This document shows, piece by piece, positions 1 through 11,353 of a stretch of 64,000 nt of DNA (position 1 is the stretch's first letter; the number at the start of each line of letters is the position of its first letter). This DNA comes from an uncultured Actinomycetota bacterium (GTDB lineage Bacteria > Actinomycetota > Actinomycetes > JBEVHX01). Location of the stretch: the NCBI GenBank assembly GCA_963836025.1, contig CAWIIE010000015.1, positions 99,676 to 163,675 on the forward strand, given 5' to 3'. The position numbers and the translations under genes were made by a program. The notes below the pieces were generated by a model, which was not told the origin of the DNA, did no database searches, and was given only the letters and a program-made list of their open reading frames with translations.

Positions 1-809
1 TGGTCGCACGGGATTCCCTGGACCCAGGGTCCGATGAGGGGTTGGAGGGCTTCGATGGACTCGAAGTCAGCGGCGGTCTCGCCCTCGAGGAGGCGGAACT
101 CCCAGCGGTAGCGGGTCTCGCCGATGCGCATGTAGGTCGCAGCGCGCTGGGGGTCGCAGACCTGGTGCACGCCTTCCCACTGGTCGAGCTCGACCTCGCT
201 GGCCACGTCGATCACCAGCCAGCGCTGCTCGAACTCGAGGTCCTCCATGGTCGAGCCGATCGCCGTGCGGACCACGCTGTTGGCTCCGTCGCAGCCCAGG
301 ACGTAGGTGGCCAGCACGGACTCGTGCTCGCCGGTGAGCCGGTCGGTGAAGTCCACCCGGACGCGGCCCTGGCCGTCCTGGGCGACGTCGGTGACCTCGA
401 CGTTGCCGCGCAGGTTGACCGTGGTCTGGTCCTTGAGGTTGGTGCGCAGCAGCTGCTCGAGCTCGGGCTGGTCGAACATGTTGGCCCTCGGGTGGCCGTG
501 CCGGCCGCGGTCGCCGGCCCGGTCGAACACCGCGAACACCCGGTGGTTGCGGTCGATGAGCTGCAGCCCGCGGGTGGGCCGGGACACGGCTGCGAAGGGC
601 TCGGCGATCCCGAGCCGCACCAGGACCCGGTAGATCTCGTCGTCGAGGTGCACGGCCCGCGGCTGGGGGTACACACCGTCCCAGCGGTCCAGGACGAGGC
701 AGTCGACGCCGTACTGCCCGAGAAGGGTGGCGGCGGTGACGCCGACGGGGCCGGCCCCCACGATGACGACCGGGACAGGGTCGGCGCTCGTGTGTGGGGA
801 GAAGTTCAT
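1..809 (-). CDS. FAD-dependent aromatic monooxygenase, MhpA / 3-(3-hydroxyphenyl)propionate hydroxylase-like (runs off the window edge)
   Basis: Manual translation from ATG at 809 gives MNFSPHTSADPVPVVIVGAGPVG (GxGxxG), PRAVHLDDE, FDQPELEQLL and VLGCDGANS (DG motif). Not in the ORF track because it is open at the edge. Confidence 0.85.
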   Translation of the reverse strand, partial: MNFSPHTSADPVPVVIVGAGPVGVTAATLLGQYGVDCLVLDRWDGVYPQPRAVHLDDEIYRVLVRLGIAEPFAAVSRPTRGLQLIDRNHRVFAVFDRAGDRGRHGHPRANMFDQPELEQLLRTNLKDQTTVNLRGNVEVTDVAQDGQGRVRVDFTDRLTGEHESVLATYVLGCDGANSVVRTAIGSTMEDLEFEQRWLVIDVASEVELDQWEGVHQVCDPQRAATYMRIGETRYRWEFRLLEGETAADFESIEALQPLIGPWVQGIPCD

Positions 810-1159
810 CGGAGCTCTCCGAGCACGAGGAGGAGGAAGGTCAGGGTCACCAGACCCAGGACGAGGGCCGGGGCGATCTCGCGCACGCCGTCCCCGTTGC
901 GCAGGTGCGCCACGACTGCCCCGCCGAGGAGCATCAGGAGTCCCGCGGCGGCGAGGGCGCCGATCACCGGGACGAACGCGCCGACGAGCAGCCCGAGGAC
1001 GGCGAGGATCTCGAGCAGGCCGATCCGCCGGTATGCCGCGACGCTGAAGCCGACGTGTGCGGCCTTGTCGCGCATGGCGGGCACGGCGGCGAGCTTGGCC
1101 GAGCCGAGGGCCGCGAAGGCGACGATCAGGAGGCCCGCAAGAATCGGTGTTGGGGTCAT
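806..1159 (-). CDS. DoxX family membrane protein
   Basis: MTPTPILAGLLIVAFAALGSAKL...IGLLEILAVLGLL...GAVVAHLRNGD; overlaps both neighbours by 4 nt. Confidence 0.8.
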   Translation of the reverse strand: MTPTPILAGLLIVAFAALGSAKLAAVPAMRDKAAHVGFSVAAYRRIGLLEILAVLGLLVGAFVPVIGALAAAGLLMLLGGAVVAHLRNGDGVREIAPALVLGLVTLTFLLLVLGELR

Positions 1160-3041
1160 GACAGTTCCAATCTCCAGGTGAGTGCGAAGCGGTTGAGTGA
1201 CTTCCTTGACCGAGGCCTGGTCGGCGCTCGGGTCCAGGTCGACGACGATGACGACTGTTCCGTCCTCGACGACTCCGTGGACGTCGGTGACGGCGGGGGT
1301 GCCCCGGAGCGCGTCGGCGACGGCCTCACGGGCGGCCTCGGCGCGCAGGGCCGGTTTGAACGGCTTGCCCACGGGCGTGACAGGGAGTGCGTCCAGCACG
1401 GTGACGGACCTGGGGGCCGCGGCCTGCTCGGGCACGCGCTCGGGCCGCCCAGGCACACAGTTCCTCGGGGGTCGCATCGGCGCCGGGGGCGAGGGTGACG
1501 AACGCGACCGGCACCTCTCCGGCGTGCACGTCGGGACGACCCACCGCCTGCGCGGCCGTGACCGCCGGGTGTGCCATCAACGCGTTCTCGATCACGGCCG
1601 GGTCGATGTTGTGACCGCCTCGGATGATCAGATCCTTGGCGCGGCCGGCGAGGTGGACGAAACCGTCGTCGTCGACCCAGGCGAGGTCGCCGGTGTCCAG
1701 CCAGCCCTGGCGCAGCTTGCCCAGCCCGTCCAGCACGGGCCCGGCGGGACCCCGGTCGACCACGTAGCCGGGGAACACGGTCGGGCCGCCGATGGCGAGC
1801 ACCCCGACCTCACCGGTCGGCAGATCGGCCCATTCACCGTCGGCATTGACCTGGATGGTCTTCACCTGCTGGTAGGGCAGACGCTGGCCGACTGATCCGG
1901 GGACCGGGTGGTCCACGAAGCTGCGGGCGCTGGCGCAGGTCGCCTCGGTCAGGCCGTAGCCCTCGAGGAGGGGCACCCCCGTGGCTGACTCGAACCTCTC
2001 GCGGACCGCCTTCGGCAGGGGGGACGCGCCGACGAGGGCGAATCGAAGGCTGCTGATGTCGGCGTCAACGGGGCGGTCGGCGAGGACCGCATAGATCGTC
2101 GGTACGCCGCTCATGAAGCTGATGCGGTACCGCTCGACCACCTTCCAGAAGTTGGCGAACAGCTTGGTGTCGCGGTATCCGAGGGGTCCCGCCCACACCG
2201 CCCGCTGCCCCTTGAACAGCGGCGCGAGCAGGGTGACGACCAGGGCGTTGACGTGGAAGAGGGGCAACGCGGCGAAGGCCACCGACTCAGAGTCCAGAAC
2301 CCCGATCGCGGCGATCATCCAGGCGTCGGTGACCTCGTTGGCGTGGGTGTGCGCTGCGAGCTTCGGCGTGCCCGTCGTACCACCGGTGTGGAAGAGAGCG
2401 GCGAGGTCGGTGGCCGAGGGTGGCGCGCCCACAAAGCGGTCGTGTGGCTGCTCCGCCGCCAGCGTGGACAGGTGGCCGACCCGCACGCCGTCGATCGGGC
2501 GCAGCTCCGCCTCGGCCGCGCTGCCCCCGGTGGGGCGTAGGGCGAGCAGGTTCTCGATCCCGGCCTCGAGGGCGATGTCCCGCGCGTTGTCCCAGACCTC
2601 GGGTGCGAGGTCCGAGCCGGCGGCCACCAGGACGCGTGCACCCGACCTGCGTAACAGTTCGGCGATGTGTTCCCCGGACAGGCCGCTGTTGATCGGCGCG
2701 GCGATGCCGGCGAGTTCTGCCGCCAGCGTCGCGGTGATGAGCTGGTCACAGTTCGGGGCCAGTAGGGCGACCCCGTCGGTGCGGCGCACGCCGAGTGCGT
2801 GGAACACGTTGGCGTAGCGGTGCACGTCGGCCAGCAGCTCGGCGAAGGTGCGCTCCGTCGGCTGCTCCCACCGATCACCGTCCGGCAGCACGGACAGGGC
2901 GACCCGGTCCGGCCACAGGCGGGCGGCCCGCACCAGAAGCTCGTAGGTCGTGCCGGGCAGGCCACGGTCGGTCAGGGGGATGTCCTCGATCGCCGCGAGG
3001 TCGCGTGGGCCGTCGTACGTCGGCCAAAGAAGGTCACCCAT
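1156..3041 (-). CDS. Acyl-CoA synthetase (AMP-binding), frameshifted near the 3' end
   Basis: FHTGGTTGTPK, EGYGLTE, WLDTGD and GRAKDLIIRGGHN; the C-terminus (LPVTPVGKPFK) continues in other frames after ~1445. Confidence 0.9.
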
Positions 3042-3980
3042 CAGGCGCTCCGGACGACGGTGCGCTGGCGGCCGAGGTCGATGGCACCGTCGTCGGTCCC
3101 GATCGCGAGCTCGACGATGTCGCCGTGCTTGAGGTACTTGGGGTTCTTGGCCTGGCGCTGGAAGAAGAGCTTCCACTTCAGTGCGGGCGGCAGAAGTGCG
3201 GCGATGATCTCGATCGGCTTCGGCGGCGCGCTCAGCGCGGTGCCCTCCGGGGTCCCGGTCAGGAGCAGGTCGCCCGCGTCGAGGCGCTGGAACCGGCTCA
3301 ACGCCTGCAGCGCCACCAGCGGGGAGTAGATCATGTCGTCATCGACCACCGCGTCCTGGCGCAGCTCGCCGTTGACCCACAGGCGGAGGCGCAGGTCGCC
3401 GAACCGCTTGAGCTCGTCGGGGTCCAGGAGCACGAGCGAAGGTCCGACCGGCGTGAACGTCGGGTAGGACTTGGACTCGAAGAACTGGGTCTTCGGCAGT
3501 TGCACATCGCGGGCCGACACGTCGTTGGTCACCACGAGGCCGGCGACGAACGAGGTCCAGTTCGTCCTCGGTGACCTGCGTGCCCACGGGCAGCTCTCGG
3601 CCGATCACCAGGCCGATCTCGACCTCGTAGTCCAGGCAGCGCACGTGATCCGGCCGGACGATGTCGTCGAACGGGCCGCTGATCGAGCCCGACGTCTTGC
3701 GGAAGAAGGTCAGCGGGATGGTCTCAGGGTTGAAGCCCGCGTCCTTTACGTGGCTGCCGAAGTTCGTCATCTGGGCCACCACGCGGCAGGGGGCTGTCAC
3801 GGGGGAGAGCAGAGCGAGCGTGGCCTCATCGACGGTCTTCTTGCTGCTCGACGCTGTGTGGAGCTTCTCCGGTTCTGCGAGGAGCTCGCGGGTGGTCGTG
3901 GCGTCGGTGTCGACGCGGGCGGCGCCGCTGGGCGTGCGGACCCACCAGGCGTCGGCGGTCCGAAGGATGGTGATGCTCAT
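3041..3980 (-). CDS. Fumarylacetoacetate hydrolase family protein (frameshift ~3550)
   Basis: MSITILRT...FFRKTSGSISGP...LDYEVEIG, then VTNDVSARD...SKSYPTFTPVGP...GDLLLTGTP in a second frame. Confidence 0.9.
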
Positions 3981-5111
3981 GAGGTGGCTACTTTCAGGAG
4001 GCCGCGAAGGCGGGTCAGGTCGAACTCGTTGTCTGTCGCGCAGCGCGCGAGCCGTCGACACCAGCTCGCGCAGGGCCTCGGGCCCGGGGGTGAGGCCGAG
4101 GAAGTCCTTGGTGGCCGGCGGTCCCCACTGCGCCAGCCCGGATGCCGTCATCGGTGACCAGCCCGGCTCCAGGGTGCAGTCGAACAGGTCACCGTCGGCG
4201 AAGTGCTCGACCAGGAGGCCGTCCGGGTCGCGCCAGTAGTCGAAGATCTGACTGCCCTCGATGTGCCGGCCGATCCCCCAGGAGTGCTGGAAGCCCTGCT
4301 CGCGGAGGTACTCCCCGCCCGCCGCCAAGGCGTCGAGATCTCCGACCTGGTAGGCCGAGTGCACGTACCGGTTCCGCGGACCGAGCGTCATCGCCAAGGT
4401 GTGGTGGTCGGTCGGGGTCGCGCCACGGTCACAGCGGATGAAGCTCATCGTGGGCCCCCGTTCACGCTGGCCCTCGTAGTACTTGAAGTCGCTGACGATG
4501 AGACCGAGGTGTTCCAGGTACCAGTTCAGGGTCTCGAGGTACGTCGTGGTCTGGAGCACCACGTGGCCCAGTCGCTGGATCCTCGCGGGCTCACGAGGCG
4601 GGCGCTGCGTGCCGTTCGTCCGGGGAGTTTCGTGACCGAAGTTGAACACCTGCGTCGGCTGGGGCGGCAGGGATGCGAGCTCGTGGGTGTCGGCGACGAC
4701 CCGGACCTTGACCCCGCTCGGGTCGGTCAGGTCCACGGTGAGCCCGCCGATGCTCTCCGGCAGCTTCTCGACCTTCGCCCCGGTGGCGTTGGCCAGCCGC
4801 ACCACGTCGCCGGGATCCGCGGCCCGGAAGGCCGCACCCAGGTACCTCGACCGCGGTCCACGGCGCACGATCACGCAGGGCGCGCCGGCGTCGGTCCCGC
4901 GCAGCTGGAGCTCGTCCGCCGTCCGGCTGACGGTCGTGAACCCGAACGCATGCGCGAACCGCTCCGAGGCCGCCAGGTCGGGCTTGCAGAACTCGAGCCA
5001 GGCCAGGTCGAGCACCTTGATGACGGGGTTCTTCGCACGACCCGGGTGCTCGCCGCCCAGCGCACCCTGCTCGCTGTGCAGGTCGTTGTGGGTCCCATGG
5101 TGACTGGTCAT
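3977..5111 (-). CDS. Two-domain VOC family extradiol-type dioxygenase (frameshift ~4030)
   Basis: RLGHVVL, DHHTLA, HSAY and WGIGRHIEGSQIFDYWRDPDG..VEH metal-ligand pattern. Confidence 0.88.
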
Positions 5112-5132
5112 CTCTGCTCCTCAGTGCGTTAC

Positions 5133-5190
5133 TGACGATATCGTCACTCACGAACCTATGCTCAGTCAAGCGCAAATGAGGAAATCGTCA
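5133..5190. promoter_or_regulatory. Paired TetR-type operators with divergent promoter
   Basis: Perfect palindrome TGACGATATCGTCA (5133-5146) and TGAGGAAATCGTCA (5177-5190), 44 bp apart; TTGACT on the minus strand between them. Confidence 0.85.
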
Positions 5191-5252
5191 TTTCTGACTG
5201 AACCGCGCTAGGATGGATGTGCACAACCCGCCGAGGACGCCGAGGAGTGGTC

Positions 5253-5903
5253 GTGAGCAACGCAGCAACTCAGGAGCCCAACCGACTGGACCGCCGCAAG
5301 GCCCGGACCCGGGCAGCTCTCATCCGGGCTGCGCAGACGCTCATCGCCCAAGGCAGGACGAACGTGCCGATCCTGGAGATCACCCAGGCCGCCGACGTCG
5401 GGATGGGTTCCTTCTACAACCACTTCGAGACCAAGGAACAGTTGTTCGAAGCTGCTGTCGAGGCAGTGATGGACGGCTACGGTCAGCTGCTCGACGACCT
5501 GACCAGAGGCATCGAGGACCCCGCAGAGGTGTTCGCCTGCAGCTTCCGGCTCACCGGACGGCTTCAACGCAGCGAGCCGGAGCTCAACCGGATCTTCCTC
5601 AACAACGTGCTCCGGCTGCTCAGCGCCGACAGCGGCCTGGCTCCACGTGCCCGGCGCGACATCAAGGCCGCCGTGGATGCCGGCCGCTTCGACGTCGAGG
5701 ACCTCGACGTCGCGGTCACGATGACTGCCGGAGCCCTCATCGCCCTAGGCCAGCTGCTGCACGACCAGCCGGAGCGCGATGTCGAGGAGACCACCGACCG
5801 GATGACCGAAGAGCTTCTGCGCATGTTCGGCGTGCGGGCCGCGGCGGCTCGTCGCATCTGCAGGCTGCCGCTACCCGACCTCGCGGCCCCCACGGCGTCA
5901 TGA
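5253..5903 (+). CDS. TetR/AcrR family regulator (paralog 1)
   Basis: RRKARTRAALIRAA...ITQAADVGMGSFYNHFETKEQL HTH; GAGGAG upstream; divergent from the VOC operon. Confidence 0.92.
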   Translation: MSNAATQEPNRLDRRKARTRAALIRAAQTLIAQGRTNVPILEITQAADVGMGSFYNHFETKEQLFEAAVEAVMDGYGQLLDDLTRGIEDPAEVFACSFRLTGRLQRSEPELNRIFLNNVLRLLSADSGLAPRARRDIKAAVDAGRFDVEDLDVAVTMTAGALIALGQLLHDQPERDVEETTDRMTEELLRMFGVRAAAARRICRLPLPDLAAPTAS

Positions 5904-6030
5904 CGTCACGGTTGTGCTGCCGACCAACTTCATCGGCTCCGCAAGGGGCGTGGGCGGACGTGTAGGCATTCGCGTGCTTGAGGGGCATCGGGGGCAATCC
6001 AGACGCTCATCGTTGAGGAGGGACATCGCC

Positions 6031-7101
6031 GTGTCATCGCCTTCAGATGATGAGAACGATCCATGGATTCGGTACGTCGATGTCGACGGTCTGCGGTTGC
6101 GGACTTCCGTGCGGGGAAGCGGGACACCGCTGCTGCTGCTCACCGGCATCGGGGCGAGCCTGGAACTGTCCGTTCCCATCGAAGACGCACTCAACCCTCA
6201 CGGTGTGCAGACCCTCACCGTGGACGCGCCCGGCACCGGGAAGTCCTCGCATTATCGGCGGCCACGCAGGATGCCCGGGTTCGCGCTCACGGTGGAGCGG
6301 ATGCTGGACGCGCTCGGTTACGACCGGGTCGACGTTCTCGGCGTGTCCTTCGGCGGTGTCCTCGCCCAGCAGCTCGCCCACCGGGCCCCCCAGCGCATAC
6401 GCCGGCTCGTTCTCGCCTCCACTGCGGCCGGCGTGCCGTTCCTCGGCGGCGTTCCAGGGTCACCCCTGCCCCTGCTCGCACTTGCGACCCCGCGCCGCTA
6501 CCAATCGCCGGACTACTACCGACGAATCGCCGGAACGTTGTACGGCGGGCAGGCCCGCCACGACCCCGAGGGGCTGCTGCACGGTTCGATTGCGCGGTTC
6601 TCCGAGGCCCCATCCCTGCGGGGCTACCTGTACCAGCTCTACGCGATCAGCTTCTGGACCGGCCTCCCGTGGCTATGGCGGCTGCGCCAGCCCACCCTGG
6701 TGCTGATCGGCGACGACGACCCGATCGTTCCCGTGGTCAATGGCAGGATTCTCACCTGGCTCATCCCGGATGCCCGGCTGGAGATCATCCGGGGCGGGGG
6801 GCACCTGTTCCCCTTGGAGCGGCCCACCGAGATCGCCGCGCTCGTCGCCGAGTTCCTTCACCGCGACGACAGTGGTCAACCGGCCGCCGCGGGGGGTGCC
6901 AGCAGCGCGCAGAGTCCCGCCAACGGTCCACCCCACGCTCACTCACTAACGTTCCGAGCTCGAGGATTCTCGCTGACGGTCCACCCTGGAGGGTTCGTCG
7001 ACCCGATAGCCCAGCCACGGCGCCGGACGCCATGTTCGATCATGGCAGCGCGGACGACGAGGGGTCAACCCGCCGCGAGGCAAGCGACGGACGTGGGTTA
7101 G
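6031..7101 (+). CDS. phaZ: Alpha/beta hydrolase, PHA depolymerase (PhaZ)-like; true 3' end may be near 6870
   Basis: GAGGAGG RBS; GIGASLE, GVSFGG nucleophile, LIGDDDPIVP and GGHLF; the tail after ~6870 looks like read-through. Confidence 0.75.
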   Translation: MSSPSDDENDPWIRYVDVDGLRLRTSVRGSGTPLLLLTGIGASLELSVPIEDALNPHGVQTLTVDAPGTGKSSHYRRPRRMPGFALTVERMLDALGYDRVDVLGVSFGGVLAQQLAHRAPQRIRRLVLASTAAGVPFLGGVPGSPLPLLALATPRRYQSPDYYRRIAGTLYGGQARHDPEGLLHGSIARFSEAPSLRGYLYQLYAISFWTGLPWLWRLRQPTLVLIGDDDPIVPVVNGRILTWLIPDARLEIIRGGGHLFPLERPTEIAALVAEFLHRDDSGQPAAAGGASSAQSPANGPPHAHSLTFRARGFSLTVHPGGFVDPIAQPRRRTPCSIMAARTTRGQPAARQATDVG

Positions 7102-7322
7102 GCGGCTCGGAGTACCGCGGTCCGAAGCAGCCGTCACCGCTGAACATGTTGCGGCACGAAGCGCAGCGACGAGCCGCTCGGCGTCCGGTTCCCGGATCCG
7201 ACATCGTCGCGCCGAGAGTGATCGGCTCGGAGCAGTATGCGCTGGTGGCGGACACGGTGGCGTGCCACTGCTCATCGTGCTCGACACGCTGTCCACGGTT
7301 CGATCGCGGAGAAGCTGCTAAC

Positions 7323-7374
7323 TGAGGATTTCGTCACGGAGACTTGCTTCTCCGCATCACTGACGATATCGTCA
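7323..7374 (+). promoter_or_regulatory. Paired operators and promoter upstream of the Ala-rich protein
   Basis: TGAGGATTTCGTCA (7323-7336) and TGACGATATCGTCA (7361-7374); TTGCTT-N17-TATCGT overlaps the second site. Confidence 0.8.
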
Positions 7375-7431
7375 GTAGTGCAGGAACATACCAAGTGCCC
7401 TCACCGGGCCCAGAACCCAAGGTGGTTACTC

Positions 7432-7878
7432 ATGACGCAGCACACGGATTACTCCGCGCGGCTGGATGATCTGCAACAGCGGGTCGCGACGGCCAGGTCG
7501 GCGGTGCAGGCCGCCGCGGCCGAGTCCGATGCACAGCTCAGGCAGCGGATCGATCGGGCTCAGGCCGACCTGGACCAGTCAGTCGAGAACGCACGCCAGG
7601 AGGACTCGCAGGCCGCCGACAGCGCCCGGGCGAAGTGGGCGCAGCTGAAGGCTGACGCCGCGGCCAAGATGAGCGACGTCAAGGCGAACATCGACAAGCG
7701 GACCCGCCAGGTGGACGCCAAGGTCGCCGACGCCGACGCGGCCTTGGCAGAAGCGGACGCCGCCGAAGCCCTCGACTACGCCGATTGGGCGGTCGAGAAC
7801 GCGGAGCTGGCCATGCTCGACGCGATCCACGCCCGCGCCCACGCCGACAAGCTCGCCAAGGGCGCAGCCAACTCGTAA
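7432..7878 (+). CDS. Ala-rich helical hypothetical protein, 148 aa (candidate phasin-like)
   Basis: MTQHTDYSARLDDLQQRV...; 43 Ala, no Pro/Cys/Phe; AAGGTGG RBS. Confidence 0.8.
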   Translation: MTQHTDYSARLDDLQQRVATARSAVQAAAAESDAQLRQRIDRAQADLDQSVENARQEDSQAADSARAKWAQLKADAAAKMSDVKANIDKRTRQVDAKVADADAALAEADAAEALDYADWAVENAELAMLDAIHARAHADKLAKGAANS

Positions 7879-7991
7879 CCCCAATCGGACTGGTGGGAAT
7901 CAAGCCCCAGTTCTCCTGACAACACTCGCGCCGCGCGGGCAGGAACGGTTGACGCCTTGCCCGCGCGGCATCACCCAAAGAAAGGTTTGCA

Positions 7992-8588
7992 ATGACTACA
8001 GATGTGAAGACCCCGGACCCGCTGCGCGACACGGTCCGGGCCGGCGCCCGGGAGGCGTCGGCGGCCTGGTGGTGGCTCTTGGCCCTTGGGGCGCTGTGGA
8101 TCTGGTTCGGCATGTTCGTGCTGTCGTACAGGGTGGGCAGCCTGGTCGCGGTGGCGGCGTTCGTCGGCGTGGCGTTCCTGTTCGGCGGCATCACCCAGCT
8201 CGTGGTGGCCAGCCGGGTACCCACGATGCGCTGGCTGTCCATCGTTGGCGGGATCCTGGGGGTCGCCGCCGGCATCCTCACCTTCGTCTGGCCAGACATC
8301 ACCCTCTACGTCGTGTCGATCCTCGTGGCCTGGTACCTGATCGTCTTTGGCATCATCCACATCGTCAGCGCGCTGGCCGGCCCCAAGCTGTCCTGGTGGT
8401 GGACCGGGCTGCTGCTCGGCATCTCCGAGCTGGTGCTGGGGGTGTGGGCGGCCGGCTCCTGGGAGCGCTCGCTGATGACGCTGGTGACCCTGGTCGGAGT
8501 GTGGGCCATCTGCCGCGGGGTGAACGAGATCTTCGCCGGCTTCACCGTGCGCCAGGTCGGCAAGCAGGCGGAGCAGCTGGTCGCCTGA
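7992..8588 (+). CDS. HdeD/DUF308 family membrane protein
   Basis: WWWLLALGALWIWFG start and repeated hydrophobic helices of DUF308 type. Confidence 0.85.
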   Translation: MTTDVKTPDPLRDTVRAGAREASAAWWWLLALGALWIWFGMFVLSYRVGSLVAVAAFVGVAFLFGGITQLVVASRVPTMRWLSIVGGILGVAAGILTFVWPDITLYVVSILVAWYLIVFGIIHIVSALAGPKLSWWWTGLLLGISELVLGVWAAGSWERSLMTLVTLVGVWAICRGVNEIFAGFTVRQVGKQAEQLVA

Positions 8589-8696
8589 CCGCCGCCCGAG
8601 CGGCCAGTTCCGCCAGCGCTCTCGCGACGCACGGGCCGCCGCGGTCTTCAAACGGCCAGCGCCGGCTCGCGCCGGGCACGGAGCAAAGGAGCAGAG

Positions 8697-9125
8697 ATGG
8701 GAGCGGGCCAGCCGAAACCGGTCAACCCGGCGCTGCTGCGGCATCTCCAAGAGCGCAGCAAGCGCCGGGAGAACCGGGCTGCCGACCAGATCACGCGGTT
8801 CGCCGGTTCGATGAAGTTCGTCTACATCCATGCCATCTGGTTCAGCTTGTGGATCGGCCTTGGAGTCGAGGATTATCCGTTCGGCCTGCTGACGATGATC
8901 GTGTCGCTGGAGGCCATCTTCCTGTCGACGTTCGTGATGATCAGCCAGAACCGCGCCGACGAGAAACGCCAAGTGATCGCGGACCAGGCGTGGCGGACAG
9001 TCCAGGAGGAGGAGCAACAGAACGAGAGGCTGCTCCGCCTGTCCAACGAGATCCTCGATCTCACCAAGGAGATCCACGCGGCGAGCGCGACAGCCGCGCC
9101 GGCGAGTCGGCCCGGAGCTCAGTGA
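8697..9125 (+). CDS. DUF1003 membrane protein
   Basis: ADQITRFAGSM...YPFGLLTMIVSLEAIFLSTFVMISQNR. Confidence 0.9.
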   Translation: MGAGQPKPVNPALLRHLQERSKRRENRAADQITRFAGSMKFVYIHAIWFSLWIGLGVEDYPFGLLTMIVSLEAIFLSTFVMISQNRADEKRQVIADQAWRTVQEEEQQNERLLRLSNEILDLTKEIHAASATAAPASRPGAQ

Positions 9126-9186
9126 ACAGATTCAGGTGACACATCAACTCGTACGTGAGGCCTTGCTCATGTGAGTTCCCCAGATC

Positions 9187-10547
9187 GTGACCACCTCCGC
9201 ACCGCTCACCCGCGCTCAGCTGCCCGACGATCTGCGGGCGGTGGCCCTCACGCCGCGGGACCCGTTCTACCGCGACCACGCGCCGACGTTCTTCCGAGGA
9301 GGGGCGCCGGCGGTCATCCTGCAGGCCCAGCACGCCGAGCATGTGCGCTCCGCCGTGCTGCTCGCCGCCAAGCACCCGGACCTGCCCTTCTCCGTCCGCA
9401 GCGGCGGCCACGGCGTCTCCGGCCGCTCGACGAACCATGGCGGGATCGTCCTTGACCTCGCGGCCATGAACGACATCGCGCTTCCCGACCCCGGCAGGGG
9501 CCTGGTGCGCGTCGAACCGGGCGCCCGATGGCTCGACGTCGCACGCACGCTGCAGCCGCACGGGCTGGGCATCAGCAGCGGCGACTACGGCGGTGTCGGG
9601 GTCGGCGGGTTGGCCACCGCAGGGGGTGTGGGCTGGCTGGTGCGCGAGCACGGCCTGACCATCGACCACGTCCGCGCCGTGGAGATGGTGCTCGCGGACG
9701 GCTCGTCGGTGCGCGCCGACGCAACCACCCTGCCCGACCTGTTCTGGGCAGTCCGCGGCGCCGGGTCCAACTTCGGGGTCGTGACCGCGTTCGAGATCGC
9801 CGCGTCGCCGGTCTCGGCCGTGGGGTACGCGGAGTTCGTGCTGGTGGCCGACGACGCTGCCCGCTTGCTCGTCGACTGGGGGGCCGCGCTGGAGTCCGCG
9901 CCCCGCAAGGTCACCAGCTCGGTGATCCTCGGGCCCACACGCCCCGGCCAACCGTGTTGTGGCGCAGGTCAACACGGTCGTGCACAGCGAACAGCCCGAT
10001 GAGGTCCGCGAGCTGTTGGCGCCTTTCGCCGCCGTCGGGCAGCTGGCCCAGCAGTCCGCGCAGGTGGTGCCCTACCCGCAACGTGATCGACAACGTCTAC
10101 CCGGGGCCGCACCGGGGGGTGGGCGCGCCGCACGCCCGGGCTGGCGTGGTCCGGCACATCACCCCCGACCTCGCGCGTGGTTTCGCCGAGCTGCTGGCCG
10201 GTGGTGAGGCGTACTACTTCCAGATCCGTGCCCTCGGCGGCGCGGTCGCCGACGTCCCCGCCGACGCCACGGCGTACGCCCACCGAGACGCCAACTTCCT
10301 ACCGGGGGCACTGGGCCGCAGCCGGGACGGCATGAACCGCGAGTGGGACCGTCTGCGTCCGCACTTCGACGGGCTCTACGCCAGCTTCGAGACGGACGAC
10401 CGGCCGGGCCGACTGGCCGAGGCATTCCCTCCGGCGACCTTGGCCAGGCTTCGCGGTCTCAAGCGCAGCTACGACCCGCACAACCTCTTCCGCGACAACT
10501 TCAACATCGACCCCGCGGGGGTCGCGGAAAGCGGGCACACGTCATGA
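9187..10547 (+). CDS. FAD-binding oxidoreductase (berberine-bridge enzyme-like), frameshifts ~9950-10085
   Basis: [30 protein letters not shown] and C-terminal [11 protein letters not shown]. Confidence 0.85.
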
Positions 10548-11321
10548 ACGAACCGATCACCGCCGACCTGTCCGGGCAGACCACCGTCATCCTCGGCGGC
10601 ACCGGCAACATCGGCGAAGGCATCGTCCGGGCCCACATCGCCGCCGGCGCCACCGTCGTCGTCCCCAGCCGCGACGCCGATCGCATCGAGGTCGTCCGCC
10701 AGGCCCTCGACGGGGGCGCCGACCGACTCGTCGGGATCGAGGGCGACACCCAGACATTCGACGGCATGAGTGGAATCGCCGAGGAGACCGTCGACCGTGC
10801 TGGCCTGCCGACGCACATCGTGGCCAGCATCGGCGGCTGGTACGGCGGCCAGCCGGTCTGGCTGACCGACGAACAGGCCTGGAACACCTACTTCGTGGAC
10901 CCCAGCCGGGCCCACTTCGCAGCCGCCCGCGCCTTCATCCCGAGGATGGCCGACGGGGGCAGCTACACCATGATCCTCGGCCTGTCCGCCTACCTCGGCA
11001 TGCCCGCGACCGGCCCCAGGGCCATGCACGGCGGAGCCCTCCGGATGCTGCGCCAGACCCTCTCCACCGAGGTCGGCCAGCAGCGGCGGGTCAACAGCCT
11101 CGCCTTCGCCCCGCTCCTCAGCCGCGTACGACCGCACGGAGACCCCACCTGGCTCCAGCTCCGACGACGTCGGTCGCCTCACCCTGCGCCTCGCTACCAC
11201 CCCGACCGTGACCGGCCAGGACTTCCAGGTGCCCACCGTGGCCGACTACACCGCCCTGATGACCAGCGGGTTCACAGCGGCGACGGATCTCGGCCGGCTC
11301 GGCATCCGCGCTGCCGGGTGA
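10544..11321 (+). CDS. Atypical SDR oxidoreductase (frameshift ~11160)
   Basis: [12 protein letters not shown] nucleotide-binding motif; ATGA overlap with the upstream gene; C-terminus [10 protein letters not shown]...TGQ in a shifted frame. Confidence 0.75.
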
Positions 11322-11353
11322 GGACGCCCGACGATCGGCAGGCAGCGGAATCA

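Noticed and set aside
3339-5111. 590-aa VOC-FAH fusion in the ORF track
   Set aside because: Produced by a frameshift near 4030; a normal ATGA stop/start overlap exists at 3977-3980.
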